From Marsupella aquatica (taxonomy: Eukaryota > Plantae > Marchantiophyta), in NCBI GenBank assembly GCA_973895155.1, contig OZ316891.1:24861899-24925898 (forward strand): DNA of 64,000 bases. Reading direction: 5' to 3'. The notes under the pieces were generated by a model that was not told where the DNA came from, made no database searches, and saw nothing but the letters and a program-made list of their open reading frames with translations. Every line of letters begins with the position of its first letter. Position 1 is the stretch's first letter. This document shows positions 62,526 to 64,000 of this stretch, one piece after another. A program made the translations under genes and the position numbers.

Positions 62526-63035
62526 CGGATCCTTCCTAGTCAGTTTCCCTTTCTCCGGCTCTTTCTCGCTCATTTTGTCTTCTTCAAACCTAACCCTTCT
62601 TTCCTTGTCTCGAGTGTCCCGCCTCTCTCGTTCCCCTGATTGAGATGGAGTGTCATCCTTGTCGGTCTTCTTCCTTTTTGACTTGACCGAGGCATCCCAG
62701 CTAGCCCCAACCTCAATTGTTATTGCATTGATCAGCACTGGATCACTCCATCCGGATCTCTCTTGCACCAGATCTGCGGGGTCGTGTACTTCATCAGTTA
62801 TCAGTGAGTTTCATCAGTGACTGATATCAGTCCAACACCGAAACTCAGCGAATCAGCTGAGATGAATTCTTCTGGGCCACAACCCAATCCACAACCCAAT
62901 CGTAGTCTGCGCCATTGTTGGCGCCTCTTTGAGGTTGGATCGGGTACTTTACTTCGACCATTTCTTATGTCGGCTGCCTCTCTGACATTAAAGGAGAATA
63001 TAAAGTTTCAATCTTGGCAGCCTCTCTGAGATTTC

Positions 63036-63090
63036 CTCGAAGTTCAGTTGAATCTCAGCGAGCCCCGCCGAGATTCAACTGAAATTCGAG
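63036..63090. other. 25-bp stem hairpin (23/25 complementary, 5-nt loop) followed by A10
   Basis: CTCGAAGTTCAGTTGAATCTCAGCG / CGCCGAGATTCAACTGAAATTCGAG. Confidence 0.85.
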
Positions 63091-63394
63091 AAAAAAAAAA
63101 CTTCTCACATAGGGTCTTTGATATATCATGGGGTGTCGCTACTAAATCTCAAAAAGGATCCATACAACACATCGTACAACAGAGTCCATACAACACGTCC
63201 CTTTCAAAGACTCATCTCAAAGACCCTCGCCGACTTATCCAGGAGAGCTCGGCATGACATTGAAGAACAACACGGGGTCCAGCGTAGAAAGTAACCTTTG
63301 GAGGAAATTTTTATTTTACTTCGTATACAACATGTTGCTCTGTTGTGAAATATTCACAAATTGAATTCACAAAGGCAATCCATCGATCCTCTAT

Positions 63395-64000
63395 CTACAA
63401 ACTGATCGTCTGGCAGATTAGGTCTACAATAATCTTTTGTCGTATAAGCAGTACATGTTTAGGGTCAACCGCCAATACAGAGCCTCTAGAAAGATGCTCC
63501 ATGTTCATTATGACATATACTCCACAATTGTAACTATCGGGTTGGGCTGGAATATTGTCGCGGACGATGCATTGCCATTGTAATGGCGATAAGTGGGGAC
63601 AACTGCGCAAGCGGGACAGGTCATGGAGAAACCGACCGACATTCACCAAATCGTCGCATTCCGATGCTTCGCCTCCAATAGGATCGAGCAAATGTAGTTG
63701 CTGCAAAGTAAAATCGACCACAGCTAGTACCCAATGTTTTGGCCTGTGGATGGGGATTAGAATGAGGTCGAATGAAAAGACGTCAATGCCCTTCACAAAT
63801 GCCAACGCTGCGTTGAAGCTGTACGCAGGATGCGTCAAGACATTGTAAAAATGTGTGGGCAAAAGCATGCATTTGGGTTTTGCAATGACCTCTGCTCTAC
63901 GCTCCAATAGAGGAATGTAAGCATTGATGATGTCACAAGTGAGCCATTTTTTTGCCCTCAAGCATTTGAAATCTTTTCTCTTCAATTTTAAGTCGCCGAG
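63395..64000 (-). CDS. Ulp1-like SUMO protease (peptidase C48) domain; 5' part lies outside the window
   Basis: WLTCDIINAY, IPIHRPKHWVLAVVD, LLDP, QPDSYNCGVYV: His-Asp-Cys triad and oxyanion Gln are present. Confidence 0.9.
   Translation of the reverse strand, partial: LGDLKLKRKDFKCLRAKKWLTCDIINAYIPLLERRAEVIAKPKCMLLPTHFYNVLTHPAYSFNAALAFVKGIDVFSFDLILIPIHRPKHWVLAVVDFTLQQLHLLDPIGGEASECDDLVNVGRFLHDLSRLRSCPHLSPLQWQCIVRDNIPAQPDSYNCGVYVIMNMEHLSRGSVLAVDPKHVLLIRQKIIVDLICQTISL

Larger units (their letters stand above)
46565..62790 (-). mobile_element. Fragmented second Ty3/gypsy lineage (gag 62531-62790, protease 57440-58480, RT 51460-51650, RT-RH-INT 49135-51134, INT tail 47310-47678); 5' LTR not found
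   Basis: ALIDTSSEINLM...ILGMP; LPQGATNSVA...PFIDDVPIKG; VDASP, KRELWG, WAVDVV, ADRGE, NGKSER, GPY. Confidence 0.85.

Overview
Eukaryotic, transposon-saturated DNA with no intact host gene. Spliced genes, TTTAGGG repeats and the Ty3/gypsy lineages suggest a non-seed land plant (inference). Left (1-~16790): a large DNA-transposon-like unit. It has a + strand Sola-like DDE transposase, split by a solo LTR, and a divergent spliced gene encoding ParB-like, beta-class N4/N6 methyltransferase-like and FCP1/NIF HAD-phosphatase domains. A 21-bp palindrome (core TCGC-N7-GCGA) recurs across the unit. Middle: a full-length 15.4-kb Ty3/gypsy element (29658-45033, TSD GTATA, tRNA-Asn-type PBS). Each of its 4.57-kb LTRs carries a ~1,180-codon ORF, and a G_GAU_UUU slippery site with a stem/pseudoknot lies between protease and RT. 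Six 3.8-4.7-kb solo LTRs from four related families carry the same kind of ORF, several nested in one another. Right: a fragmented second gypsy lineage, a solo LTR with AGT...ACT ends, two MITEs and a Ulp1 protease ORF. All domain calls come from motif recognition by eye; no searches were run.
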